Positions 38,664-47,417 of a stretch of DNA of 64,000 nucleotides are shown here, in pieces. The stretch spans positions 5,032-69,031 of the forward strand of contig CADAKI010000003.1 of NCBI GenBank assembly GCA_902788485.1, given 5' to 3'. Position 1 is the first letter of the stretch, and each line of letters opens with the position of its first letter. The translations under genes were made by a program, and so were the position numbers. The stretch is from an uncultured Pseudomonadota bacterium (GTDB lineage: Bacteria; Pseudomonadota; Alphaproteobacteria; Rs-D84). The notes below the pieces were generated by a model, which did not search any database, was not told the DNA's origin, and saw only the letters and a list, made by a program, of their open reading frames with translations.

Positions 38664-40805
38664 ATGGCAGAAGTTATGGATAATGTAAAAGATTTTATCG
38701 AAAAGTATTGTAAAATACTGCACTTGGCCAATATGCCAACAAACGTGCGTGCGCGGTTCGACAAATATGCCAAAACCAAAGATTTCGCCGGAAACATGAA
38801 ACATTGGCCGGATTTATTGGGGGCAGAATTGCCGGAATTGTCTGATGCAAAATTGAAAAATTTATACAAATTGTTTCAAAGCGTCTTTGAAAATATGGCG
38901 CAAAATCAGAAAGATTTTGCAGATAAAAAGGCCACCAATGATTTCTTTAACGAATGGTATGGGAATTCTGACGATAAATTATTTCGTGCATCGGAACCTA
39001 TTCGTGGGTTAAAAGAAAGGGTCAAAGATTTTACAGATAATTTTTTAAAACCACACAAAGCCGAATTAATGGGGATTTTTGTGCCGGGAAATGCCGGATT
39101 GCCTGATGATTTTGACTATGATTCTTTTGTTAGTGATGTTGAAAACGGAAAATATTTAACGGATTATAAATTCAGAACCCAACAATTTGATCGCATTGTT
39201 AACTATGTTCAATCCATTGCAAACGGCAACAGTTGGCGCGATTGGCCGGATAATCTGAATCCATATAATTTTTCCGCACCAGAAAATGGATTGCCGGCGT
39301 TGCCATTGAATACAGATGATTGGTTTACAACGACATATAATCCGGGTTTCAAATCCCATATAAAGTCAATCTTTAATAAATTGCTGACCAGTTCGGCCGT
39401 GCGTGAAGATTTTCAAAAATATGATTACAAAGGCACAATTTCGGGTCAGGTAAACAAGGCAATTACCGGGACGGATTATGCCAATAAAGACAGTAAAGAT
39501 TTCGTTCCGCCGGTTTATGATGATCAAAAAAATTTCTTGCAACGGGTTGATGACAAACTGGATAAATTCAAAGAAAATCAAATTGACCCATGGGCAAATA
39601 TTTTGCGTGGCACACGCAGATACTTTTCACCATTTGCACGTAATGTGGTCGAGGCCGTGGCATCTGTTAAAATAAAAGACAAAGACGGAAAAACACACAA
39701 AATTAAACCGACAGATGGATTAAAGGGAATTTTAGATAACGCGGACACTATCAAGGGCAAACTGCAAGAAAAATCACCAAAGGCCACCGGACATTTTGGT
39801 TGGTTTGCCGAGAAATTAAAAATTTATTCTAACAAAATGCCCAAGGCGTTTGAGGGTGCATTTCGCAACCCAAAACAAATGCGTGCAATCGTTTCACAAA
39901 TTATTGTTGATGCGATAAACGAAGGCAAATCAGATGAAGCGAAAAGCGCATTGGAAGTTTTGTCCACAATGAAATATGGCATTTTGCACAGCAGAACAAT
40001 GGACGCATTGGGCAAAGAAGATATGTCGGTATTGTCTGACAAGGGTTTGTCTTGGAATAAATACGATGGTGGCAAATTTGTTGCAACGGCGATGGACAAA
40101 ACCGCGAAATTTGCCCTGTTGGGGGCGGGTCGTATTGTTTCCGCCGCACGAAATCAATTTATATTCCGTAATAACCTGAAATTACGTGGAAACACGAAAA
40201 CAATCGAAAAAGCACATAAAAATTGGCAGGACAAAAACAGTGTGGACGACACAAACGCCGCATTGGCCGGATTGGATGCATCTATGCGTACCAATAAACG
40301 CGATATAACCCGGGCAAGAAAAGACATCAAGAATGTGTTAGGCGTCGGCAACACCAGATGGTCAAAGAAAATGTTGGATGATTTGTCTGATGAAATAAAT
40401 AACGATATTGCGTTGCTGAATAATCCGACAACCCTTCCAGCAGCAATTCAGGCAATTCAAGATAGAATAAGAAAAAATCAAGAATTGTTGCAAAATTATA
40501 ACGATTTACAATTTGGTAAAAAAACATTAAAAGCACAAAAAGTAAAATTAGAAAATGCGGTCCAAGATTGGGATGAAAAACATACCGACAAATACATGGA
40601 ACTGATGGCGTTTTGGGATATGTTGGAATCGTTCTGGAAATCGCATCAGTTGACATTTGCCGCAAACAAAATGCGCGACAATTTCTTGAAAGAACGCGAC
40701 GAAGCCGAATATTTAGATCAAGATGGCAAACCGCGGTCGAAAGCCAAGAAAATGTCTGATGAATATTTGGCAAAGTACTTGGAAAAATATCAAAATGCGG
40801 CGTAA
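38664..40805 (+). CDS. large orphan protein (713 aa), no recognisable domain; candidate secreted/effector protein
   Basis: Long uninterrupted ORF with SD aaggagg. A plausible promoter (TTGAAA-16-TATAAT) lies at about 38573-38600. No signal peptide or TM. The C-terminal third is rich in coiled coil. Confidence 0.7.
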   Translation: MAEVMDNVKDFIEKYCKILHLANMPTNVRARFDKYAKTKDFAGNMKHWPDLLGAELPELSDAKLKNLYKLFQSVFENMAQNQKDFADKKATNDFFNEWYGNSDDKLFRASEPIRGLKERVKDFTDNFLKPHKAELMGIFVPGNAGLPDDFDYDSFVSDVENGKYLTDYKFRTQQFDRIVNYVQSIANGNSWRDWPDNLNPYNFSAPENGLPALPLNTDDWFTTTYNPGFKSHIKSIFNKLLTSSAVREDFQKYDYKGTISGQVNKAITGTDYANKDSKDFVPPVYDDQKNFLQRVDDKLDKFKENQIDPWANILRGTRRYFSPFARNVVEAVASVKIKDKDGKTHKIKPTDGLKGILDNADTIKGKLQEKSPKATGHFGWFAEKLKIYSNKMPKAFEGAFRNPKQMRAIVSQIIVDAINEGKSDEAKSALEVLSTMKYGILHSRTMDALGKEDMSVLSDKGLSWNKYDGGKFVATAMDKTAKFALLGAGRIVSAARNQFIFRNNLKLRGNTKTIEKAHKNWQDKNSVDDTNAALAGLDASMRTNKRDITRARKDIKNVLGVGNTRWSKKMLDDLSDEINNDIALLNNPTTLPAAIQAIQDRIRKNQELLQNYNDLQFGKKTLKAQKVKLENAVQDWDEKHTDKYMELMAFWDMLESFWKSHQLTFAANKMRDNFLKERDEAEYLDQDGKPRSKAKKMSDEYLAKYLEKYQNAA

Positions 40806-40814
40806 AAAAAGATA

Positions 40815-40848
40815 ACGGGCTGAAAAGAAAAATTTCAGCCCGTTTTTT
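40815..40848. terminator. bidirectional intrinsic terminator
   Basis: cgggctgaaa/tttcagcccg 10-bp stem with A and T runs on both sides. Confidence 0.85.
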
Positions 40849-40849
40849 C

Positions 40850-41105
40850 TGGTGGATCATAAAAAGAACCGGGAAACAATGGGAGTTGAATCCGGACAGT
40901 TGTTCACAAAAGCCCGATGGATTATCCCAGCTTTTTTTCCAGGAATTCCCGGGCGTCACCCAAGCATCCTGATTTATCCGGTATGTATTATTTCACAAGG
41001 AAGAGAATCTTGCCATGGGAGAGATTTCATGCAGAGGGCATCCGCTTTCGACTGATGCCCAGGAAGACAAAAGCCACAGGCTTTTGTCGGCTTGGCATAG
41101 TAATA
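40850..41105. other. unexplained GC-richer structured intergenic segment between convergent genes (candidate ncRNA or gene remnant)
   Basis: Hairpins gggcatc..gatgccc (41036-41060) and gacaaaagcc-aca-ggcttttgtc (41066-41088). The minus-strand reading ends ..ATCCACCA directly before the terminator. Confidence 0.25.
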
Positions 41106-41939
41106 TTATCGTTTGATTTGTTTGGCAACCTCGACAGGAATATTGACAATATCGCGCCAATTAAACACATCCCACATTTTGTTCACAAAACCTTGGTTTT
41201 CGGCACCCGCATACGCGACGTATTGATACGCATCTTGACAAACACTACGGATTGCCGATTGTTGCCGGTCAGGGGGTGTTATTTTAATTATGTGTTCCAA
41301 TTTATCTATCATTAATTGCATTATGTCTTGGGTCATTTTTAATTTGCCAGACACGGTCTGATGATTGCGCAATGTATACAATTTATCAGATATCAATGTT
41401 TCGCGAACACTGTTTTCATTTGATTGTTTTGCCCAATCGCATGTCGAACGAAAAAATCGCGCAACATTATACAAATTTTTGTATGGTTCGGCATCTATCC
41501 TGTTTGTTTCCACAATGGGTTTGATTTTATCAATAACACGGGTCAACAAATCATATTGCAATTCTGGGTTTTGGAAATTTTTATAGTTCAGAATGATTGT
41601 GTTATAACAATCCAGTTCTGGGACGCCTGTTTTCTTTAAAATTCCCGGTAATTGGTCGGAACGCGCCACCAACGGCGCCAATATTTTAACCCATGCCATG
41701 TATTTTTGTATCTCTGGTGATTTCAAATGCAAATAAAAATACAACAAAAACGCATCTTCCGTTTGACTGATATCATTATAATGTTTGCGATGTTTAATCC
41801 AACCATACAATTCATCACGCGATTTAGGACCATAATAATTGTTCAAATCGCCCGTTGCCAACGCAATCGTGTTCCAAAAATATGAAACATTACTGGGGGT
41901 GGCCAAAAAAGCTAATAAAACTGGCTCAAACCATGTCAT
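41106..41939 (-). CDS. orphan protein (277 aa), no recognisable domain
   Basis: Long ORF convergent with the 713-aa gene. No signal peptide. No family recognised. Confidence 0.6.
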   Translation of the reverse strand: MTWFEPVLLAFLATPSNVSYFWNTIALATGDLNNYYGPKSRDELYGWIKHRKHYNDISQTEDAFLLYFYLHLKSPEIQKYMAWVKILAPLVARSDQLPGILKKTGVPELDCYNTIILNYKNFQNPELQYDLLTRVIDKIKPIVETNRIDAEPYKNLYNVARFFRSTCDWAKQSNENSVRETLISDKLYTLRNHQTVSGKLKMTQDIMQLMIDKLEHIIKITPPDRQQSAIRSVCQDAYQYVAYAGAENQGFVNKMWDVFNWRDIVNIPVEVAKQIKR

Positions 41940-42002
41940 TTACTCATCTCCTGTTTTTTGTTTTCTATACTAATATAGCACAAAAATTGACAAAATCAAG
42001 AG

Positions 42003-43100
42003 TTAGTGTAAATTATTTTTTCTGTGGTGGCGGTGATGATGGTGGTGATGTTTGTGTGGTATTTTGTTTGCAACATTTTCCGCCACGTTATGTGTGACAG
42101 TTTTGATTTTTTCAACAACCTCGACCCCGCGGTCATGCGCCATGGCACGCCATTTTTTTATACGCGCACGCAACCAACGTTCATAAATAATAAACAATCC
42201 CCCCGCCCCAATTAACGGCAAAACGTAATATATTATGCGATACGCCAACAATGCACCAAAAACCGTTGCCTTGTCCACGTCGTCGGGCAATGCCAACAAG
42301 AATATTGTTTCAAAAACACCGATACCACCGGGAACCTGGCTGAAAACGCCGGTTGTTTGCGCGACAACAAACAGACCGATATATGTCCCGAACGATATAT
42401 GCCAAAAAGGCGTCAAACAAAAATACAACACCATACCCGCCAGAACACTGTCGGTTATGCCCAATGCGGTCTGTAAAAATGCGGTTTTTGTTTCGGGCAC
42501 CCGAAATGTCAGGCCACCTATTTTAATGCGTTTATCGTGAAACAGTGCCGTCATCCCAAAATATGCCAGCAACACCCCCAAACAGAATATAAACAACGCC
42601 CCCAGGCCAATATTCGCACCACCGGCATCCGCCAAAACATCGTCTGGAATCAAAAAAAATCCGATTATCACGATTGCGGCGCACCCCAAGAAATATGTAA
42701 ACCCGGAAAAAGTCAACATCTTCACAATGTCGCCACCACGAATCCGCCAACGCGTATATAACCGATATCGAATTGCACCCCCAGACACCACCGCATGACC
42801 GGCATTATTACTGATTGCGAAACCCAACATGCCCGCCAACATCCATTTCCACCATGTGACGCGGCCACCAACATAATTTAATGCCAAAAAATCGTATAAA
42901 GACAATGCTAAATATCCCGCCAGGCACGCAATGCACGCCGCAATCAAATTGCGTTTTGGAATTGAAAAAATTGCACCCCAAACATCAGAAAAACTGTAAT
43001 TACGTAATTGATACCACAACATACCAACCGCCAGGATAAAAAAGAAAACCCCGGCATAACTGATTATTTTTTTGAATATTCTTTTTGTTCGTGCAGACAT
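42003..43100 (-). CDS. UPF0104 / lysyl-phosphatidylglycerol-synthase-TM-like (flippase-like) membrane protein with a His-rich C-terminal tail
   Basis: About 8 TM helices. The N-terminus K..I....GV.FF.LAV..L..QL......V fits the LPG_synthase_TM family as I recall it. The tail is KIPHKHHHHHHRHHRKNNLH. Confidence 0.6.
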   Translation of the reverse strand: MSARTKRIFKKIISYAGVFFFILAVGMLWYQLRNYSFSDVWGAIFSIPKRNLIAACIACLAGYLALSLYDFLALNYVGGRVTWWKWMLAGMLGFAISNNAGHAVVSGGAIRYRLYTRWRIRGGDIVKMLTFSGFTYFLGCAAIVIIGFFLIPDDVLADAGGANIGLGALFIFCLGVLLAYFGMTALFHDKRIKIGGLTFRVPETKTAFLQTALGITDSVLAGMVLYFCLTPFWHISFGTYIGLFVVAQTTGVFSQVPGGIGVFETIFLLALPDDVDKATVFGALLAYRIIYYVLPLIGAGGLFIIYERWLRARIKKWRAMAHDRGVEVVEKIKTVTHNVAENVANKIPHKHHHHHHRHHRKNNLH

Positions 43101-43196
43101 ATTTTCCCCTTAGGCAAGGTGTTATAGTATCAATATATAAATCAAAATGCAAACTTTTATTCCAAAGTTCAATTTGCAAAGTTCAAAGTGCAATAA

Positions 43197-45308
43197 ATGA
43201 ATTATTACTTGCGTAAAATTGGGAATTTTTTTAACTTTACTGGTATGAGACGAGAAATTGCCGAATTTTTAAATACTGATTTGCAATATATCCGTGGCGT
43301 GGGACCGGTTATGGCCGAACGGTTCAATGATGTGTTGGGCGGACGGCGTGTGTTGGATTTTTTACTGCATAAACCGGCGTATGTTCGAAATCGGGAAATA
43401 ACAGAATCCATCGCAAATGTCGACGCCGGTGCAACGATTACCATACCATTGATGATAAAATCACATAAATCACCCGGGAAAACGCCGCCATGGCTGCGGC
43501 GCGCACGCGCAACACGCGTGATGTGCGTTGATAAATTAGGGTACCAGGTTGCAATTCAATTCTTTAATTCAAAATATACCGAATATTGGCTAAATAAACT
43601 GCCCGTGGGTCAATGGCGCATGGTTAGTGGCAAGATTGAGGCCGGAAAAATCCCGGTGATGAATCATCCTGAATTTATCGAAGAAATGGACGCGGCGGAC
43701 AAAATACCCGATGCCCAGGCAATTTACCCCGCAGGCATGGGTTTGACGCAAAAACAATTTATGTCTATGCGCGACCAGATTTTCGCAAAATTGGCAACAA
43801 TTATATCGGATGCGTATGACGATGCACGATTGGTGGAATTTTTTGATGCACTGCGTCATGTGCATTTTGCAAAATCGTCTGATGATTTATTGCCAAATTC
43901 GACATATGTTGCAAAGTTAGCATACTGTGAATTATTTGCACACCAATGTGCAATCGCAATCAGTAGGCGCAATCGTATAACCCAACGCAATAAAAAACAA
44001 AAAAGGATTAAAACCCGTGATTATTTAACAAAATTCTGGGACACATTGCCGTATAATTTAACCAATGCACAACAACGCGTGGTGGATGAAATATTTCATG
44101 ACATGGCATCCGACACCCCGATGATGCGCCTGGTCCAGGGGGATGTTGGTTCGGGAAAAACCATTGTCGCCGTGATTTCTGCATTACGCATGGCGGAAAG
44201 TGGCGGTCAGACAGCATTATTGGCGCCGACAGACACATTGGCACAGCAACATTTTGCAAAAATTCGACAAATGTGCGAAAATTTGGGCATTGTGGTGGAT
44301 GTATTAACCGGCCGTGATAAAGGCGCGGCGCGGCGTGAAAAACTGATTTCAATTCGTTCGGGGCGAACAAAGATTATTATCGGAACACACGCCCTGTTTT
44401 CAGATGATGTCGAATACAAAGATTTAGGATTGGTTATTGTTGATGAACAACATCGGTTCGGTGTGAACCAGCGCGAGGCATTACGCGCCAAGGGTGCAAA
44501 TGTCGATTTATTGGCATTGTCGGCGACACCAATACCGCGAACTTTGTCTATGACAATGTATGGCGATATGGATATTTCTATTATAAATGAAAAGCCGGCG
44601 GGACGATTACCAATACGCACAACCAAATTACCAATTTTTAAAACTAACGAATTGATAGAACGCGTAAAAACGCAAATTACAAATGGCGCCAAGGTGTTCT
44701 GGATTTGTCCATTGGTGGCGGATGAAAATGGTATTGGCGTGGGTGCGGCGATTGCGCGACACGATATGTTAAAACAAATTTTTCCAACCGCCGGATTGGT
44801 TCATGGTCAAATGCCAAAAGATGCACGCGATAAAATTATGGCTGAATTTGCGGATGATAATTCTGATATGAATTTATTGGTGGCAACCACGGTTATAGAG
44901 GTTGGAATCGATGTGCCGCGGGCGTCTATTATTGTGATTGAAAATGCGGAACAATTTGGATTGGCCGCGTTGCATCAGTTACGCGGACGCGTGGGACGCG
45001 GGAAAATTCAATCTTTCTGTATTTTGTTATATGGCCCAAATGTCAGTGCGGACGGATTAAAACGATTGGATGTATTATGCGAAACAGATGATGGTTTTGT
45101 CATCGCCGAACAAGATTTAATGATGCGTGGGGTTGGTGAATTATTGGGAACACGCCAAAGCGGTTGGATTCAATATCATTTCGCCGATTGGCGCGAACAT
45201 CGGGATTTATTCAAATTGGCGGCGCGGGCGGCATGTGATAATGATGTGGATACATGGGCGCGTGATTTGATGGCGATATTTAATTGTGGGGAACACATCA
45301 GTGCGTAA
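43197..45308 (+). CDS. recG: ATP-dependent DNA helicase RecG
   Basis: LQGDVGSGKTIVA, VIVDEQHRFGV, ATPIPRTL and HQLRGRVGRG motifs plus the wedge-domain N-terminus. Start may be Met17. Confidence 0.95.
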   Translation: MNYYLRKIGNFFNFTGMRREIAEFLNTDLQYIRGVGPVMAERFNDVLGGRRVLDFLLHKPAYVRNREITESIANVDAGATITIPLMIKSHKSPGKTPPWLRRARATRVMCVDKLGYQVAIQFFNSKYTEYWLNKLPVGQWRMVSGKIEAGKIPVMNHPEFIEEMDAADKIPDAQAIYPAGMGLTQKQFMSMRDQIFAKLATIISDAYDDARLVEFFDALRHVHFAKSSDDLLPNSTYVAKLAYCELFAHQCAIAISRRNRITQRNKKQKRIKTRDYLTKFWDTLPYNLTNAQQRVVDEIFHDMASDTPMMRLVQGDVGSGKTIVAVISALRMAESGGQTALLAPTDTLAQQHFAKIRQMCENLGIVVDVLTGRDKGAARREKLISIRSGRTKIIIGTHALFSDDVEYKDLGLVIVDEQHRFGVNQREALRAKGANVDLLALSATPIPRTLSMTMYGDMDISIINEKPAGRLPIRTTKLPIFKTNELIERVKTQITNGAKVFWICPLVADENGIGVGAAIARHDMLKQIFPTAGLVHGQMPKDARDKIMAEFADDNSDMNLLVATTVIEVGIDVPRASIIVIENAEQFGLAALHQLRGRVGRGKIQSFCILLYGPNVSADGLKRLDVLCETDDGFVIAEQDLMMRGVGELLGTRQSGWIQYHFADWREHRDLFKLAARAACDNDVDTWARDLMAIFNCGEHISA

Positions 45309-46584
45309 AATATTTATATTTTTTGTGGCATTGTTTTTATGTGCACCGGCGGGGGCGTTGTCCCTGATAAATGATACCGAGGTGGAAAAAGTTCTGCATA
45401 AAATTATTGCACCGGTGGCAACGGCGGCAAATATTCCGGAAAACAGATTAAAAATTCATATTGTAAATGACGATGATTTTAATGCGTTTGTATCAGGTGG
45501 CGAAGATGTATTTGTCTATACCGGGTTATTGACACGCATAAAAAACACAAATGCACTCCAGGCGGTCGTAGCGCACGAATTGGGACACATGATTGGCGGA
45601 CATATGGCGCAAATGTCTGCGCGGATGGATGCCGAAATGAAACGAACATTAATAATCCAGGCATTAGGTGTCGGTTTAATGGTTGCCGGCGGCAACCCAT
45701 CGTTGGGCGCCGGGGTTTTGGCGGGTGCCGGTGGTGTGGCACAACAATCATTATTATCTTTTTCGCGGGACGAAGAACGCGTGGCGGATGATTTTGCCGT
45801 TGATTTATTGGTGCGCGCAAATGTAAATCCGGCGGGACTGATTGATGTTTTTGAACAAATGCAAAATATAACCGGTGCCGCCGAGGCAAAAATAAACAAA
45901 AACCGCACTAACCACCCACTGACCGGTGAACGATTACAAAATGCGCGGGTGAAAATCGCACAAACTAAACATAATGGCAAATATAAAAAATTTAATGATT
46001 CAGAATATGAACAGGTTCGCGCAAAACTGATTGGGTATTTATACACCGAACGGCAAATTTTGGATAAATATCCATATCGTGATACAGGCGATGCGGCAAT
46101 TTATGCACGCGCGATTGGAAATATGCGCGGGGGGGCATTGGTGGCGGCGCGGGACGCAACCCAAGATTTAATTCATCACAACAAGAAAAACCCATACTAT
46201 TATGAATTATTGGGCGATATTGAATATCAAATGGGCCATTACGATGCGTCGGTTGATGCGTATGAACACGCATTAGAATTAGACGAAAATGCACCACAAA
46301 TACAAACCGCATTGGCGTTGGTATTGGCGGAACGAAACAAACCGGGCGATAATGCACGTGCAATAGAGTTGTGCAAATCTGCATTATTATCAGAACCGAT
46401 GCCATTGACGTATTGGGTGTTGGCAAAACTGTATGATGACGGGCGCGAATATTGGGCATTGGCGGAATTTTATAATATGAACGGGGACACAAAAAAGGCA
46501 CGCACATTTGCCAAACGCGCACAACAAAAATTAGATAAAAATTCACCTGAATATATTAAATCTGGCGATATTTTAGATAAGTAA
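45286..46584 (+). CDS. M48-family metalloprotease with C-terminal TPR region (BepA/YfgC-like)
   Basis: Signal peptide, HELGHMIGGH zincin motif, and TPR-like C-terminal half. Confidence 0.8.
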   Translation: MGNTSVRKIFIFFVALFLCAPAGALSLINDTEVEKVLHKIIAPVATAANIPENRLKIHIVNDDDFNAFVSGGEDVFVYTGLLTRIKNTNALQAVVAHELGHMIGGHMAQMSARMDAEMKRTLIIQALGVGLMVAGGNPSLGAGVLAGAGGVAQQSLLSFSRDEERVADDFAVDLLVRANVNPAGLIDVFEQMQNITGAAEAKINKNRTNHPLTGERLQNARVKIAQTKHNGKYKKFNDSEYEQVRAKLIGYLYTERQILDKYPYRDTGDAAIYARAIGNMRGGALVAARDATQDLIHHNKKNPYYYELLGDIEYQMGHYDASVDAYEHALELDENAPQIQTALALVLAERNKPGDNARAIELCKSALLSEPMPLTYWVLAKLYDDGREYWALAEFYNMNGDTKKARTFAKRAQQKLDKNSPEYIKSGDILDK

Positions 46585-46608
46585 TATTCAGGGTTCAACC
46601 GATGCTAA

Positions 46609-47139
46609 CTATTTCTGATAGTTGATAAGGTTTATTAATGTCTGTTTTGGTACAATTATATCAAATGGACGACATGCAATTGTTTTTGGACGGTTCAGAT
46701 ATATTTCTGTGCCTTGGTCATTAACAATAAATTGTAGTTTTTTGTTCAACCACACATAATATTTTCCGTCAATTGTGAAATTACTGAATGGATGTTTGTT
46801 GCCAGTGATATTAAATTCGTGGTTGTGGTTATATATTAAATCATCCAAAGCATGTTCTTGGGCCTGGATTTGGGCATTCATTGTGTGGATAGCCATTGCA
46901 CATTTACCATATAAATTACCGTGTACAGGGTCATTCACATCTATGAACACACCATCAATCGCGAAATCACCATATTCGTTTTTAATTTCAAATAATTTTT
47001 CGCCGTGTGGTTTATCAAAAATGTTATATTGTTCAACAAAATGGTCTGACCAATCCCAGAAATGACGTTTTGTAAATGCGTATTTGGCATCTGGGGATTC
47101 CATCGCAATAGATTTTATCAGTTCAGCATAATAATTCAT
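46609..47139 (-). CDS. hypothetical protein (176 aa)
   Basis: ORF only. No family recognised. Confidence 0.45.
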   Translation of the reverse strand: MNYYAELIKSIAMESPDAKYAFTKRHFWDWSDHFVEQYNIFDKPHGEKLFEIKNEYGDFAIDGVFIDVNDPVHGNLYGKCAMAIHTMNAQIQAQEHALDDLIYNHNHEFNITGNKHPFSNFTIDGKYYVWLNKKLQFIVNDQGTEIYLNRPKTIACRPFDIIVPKQTLINLINYQK

Positions 47140-47417
47140 AACAAATCCTTTTCAGGTTCGAAAGTACCATATCAGAACGGATTTGCAAGATAATTTTAGG
47201 ATTTTTTCCGTTTTGACTTGCTTTTAAAATTGGGGTTTGGTAATGTGAATATATCGTATAACAATGGGGTTAGTTTTAATGTTTATATTATCACTGATTT
47301 CTGCAATTCGAATGGTGCTGAGTGGGTTCGTGGCACTGTCCCTTGGCATGGGCGTGGTTGCCCCATGGGGACGGGTTGCATCCAATGTTTGCGTATTTAA
47401 CACAAAAGGATTATTAT
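47140..47417 (+). promoter_or_regulatory. long rne 5' leader with GC-rich hairpins (possible autoregulatory UTR)
   Basis: 278-nt gap before rne. A locally GC-rich block at about 47320-47395 includes the hairpin catggg-cgtggttg-cccatg (47347-47366). Confidence 0.35.

Noticed and set aside
40850-41105. tmRNA (including the two-piece alphaproteobacterial form), a tRNA gene or SRP RNA on the minus strand, suggested by the ..ATCCACCA end followed by a terminator.
   Set aside because: I could not find a 5' strand able to pair with the putative acceptor 3' strand. There is no proper T arm (the GTTCGAATC-type loop has no 5-bp stem), no ANDN..AA-type tag reading frame, and no GGAA/AGCA SRP domain-IV motif. 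It is kept only as an unexplained structured spacer.
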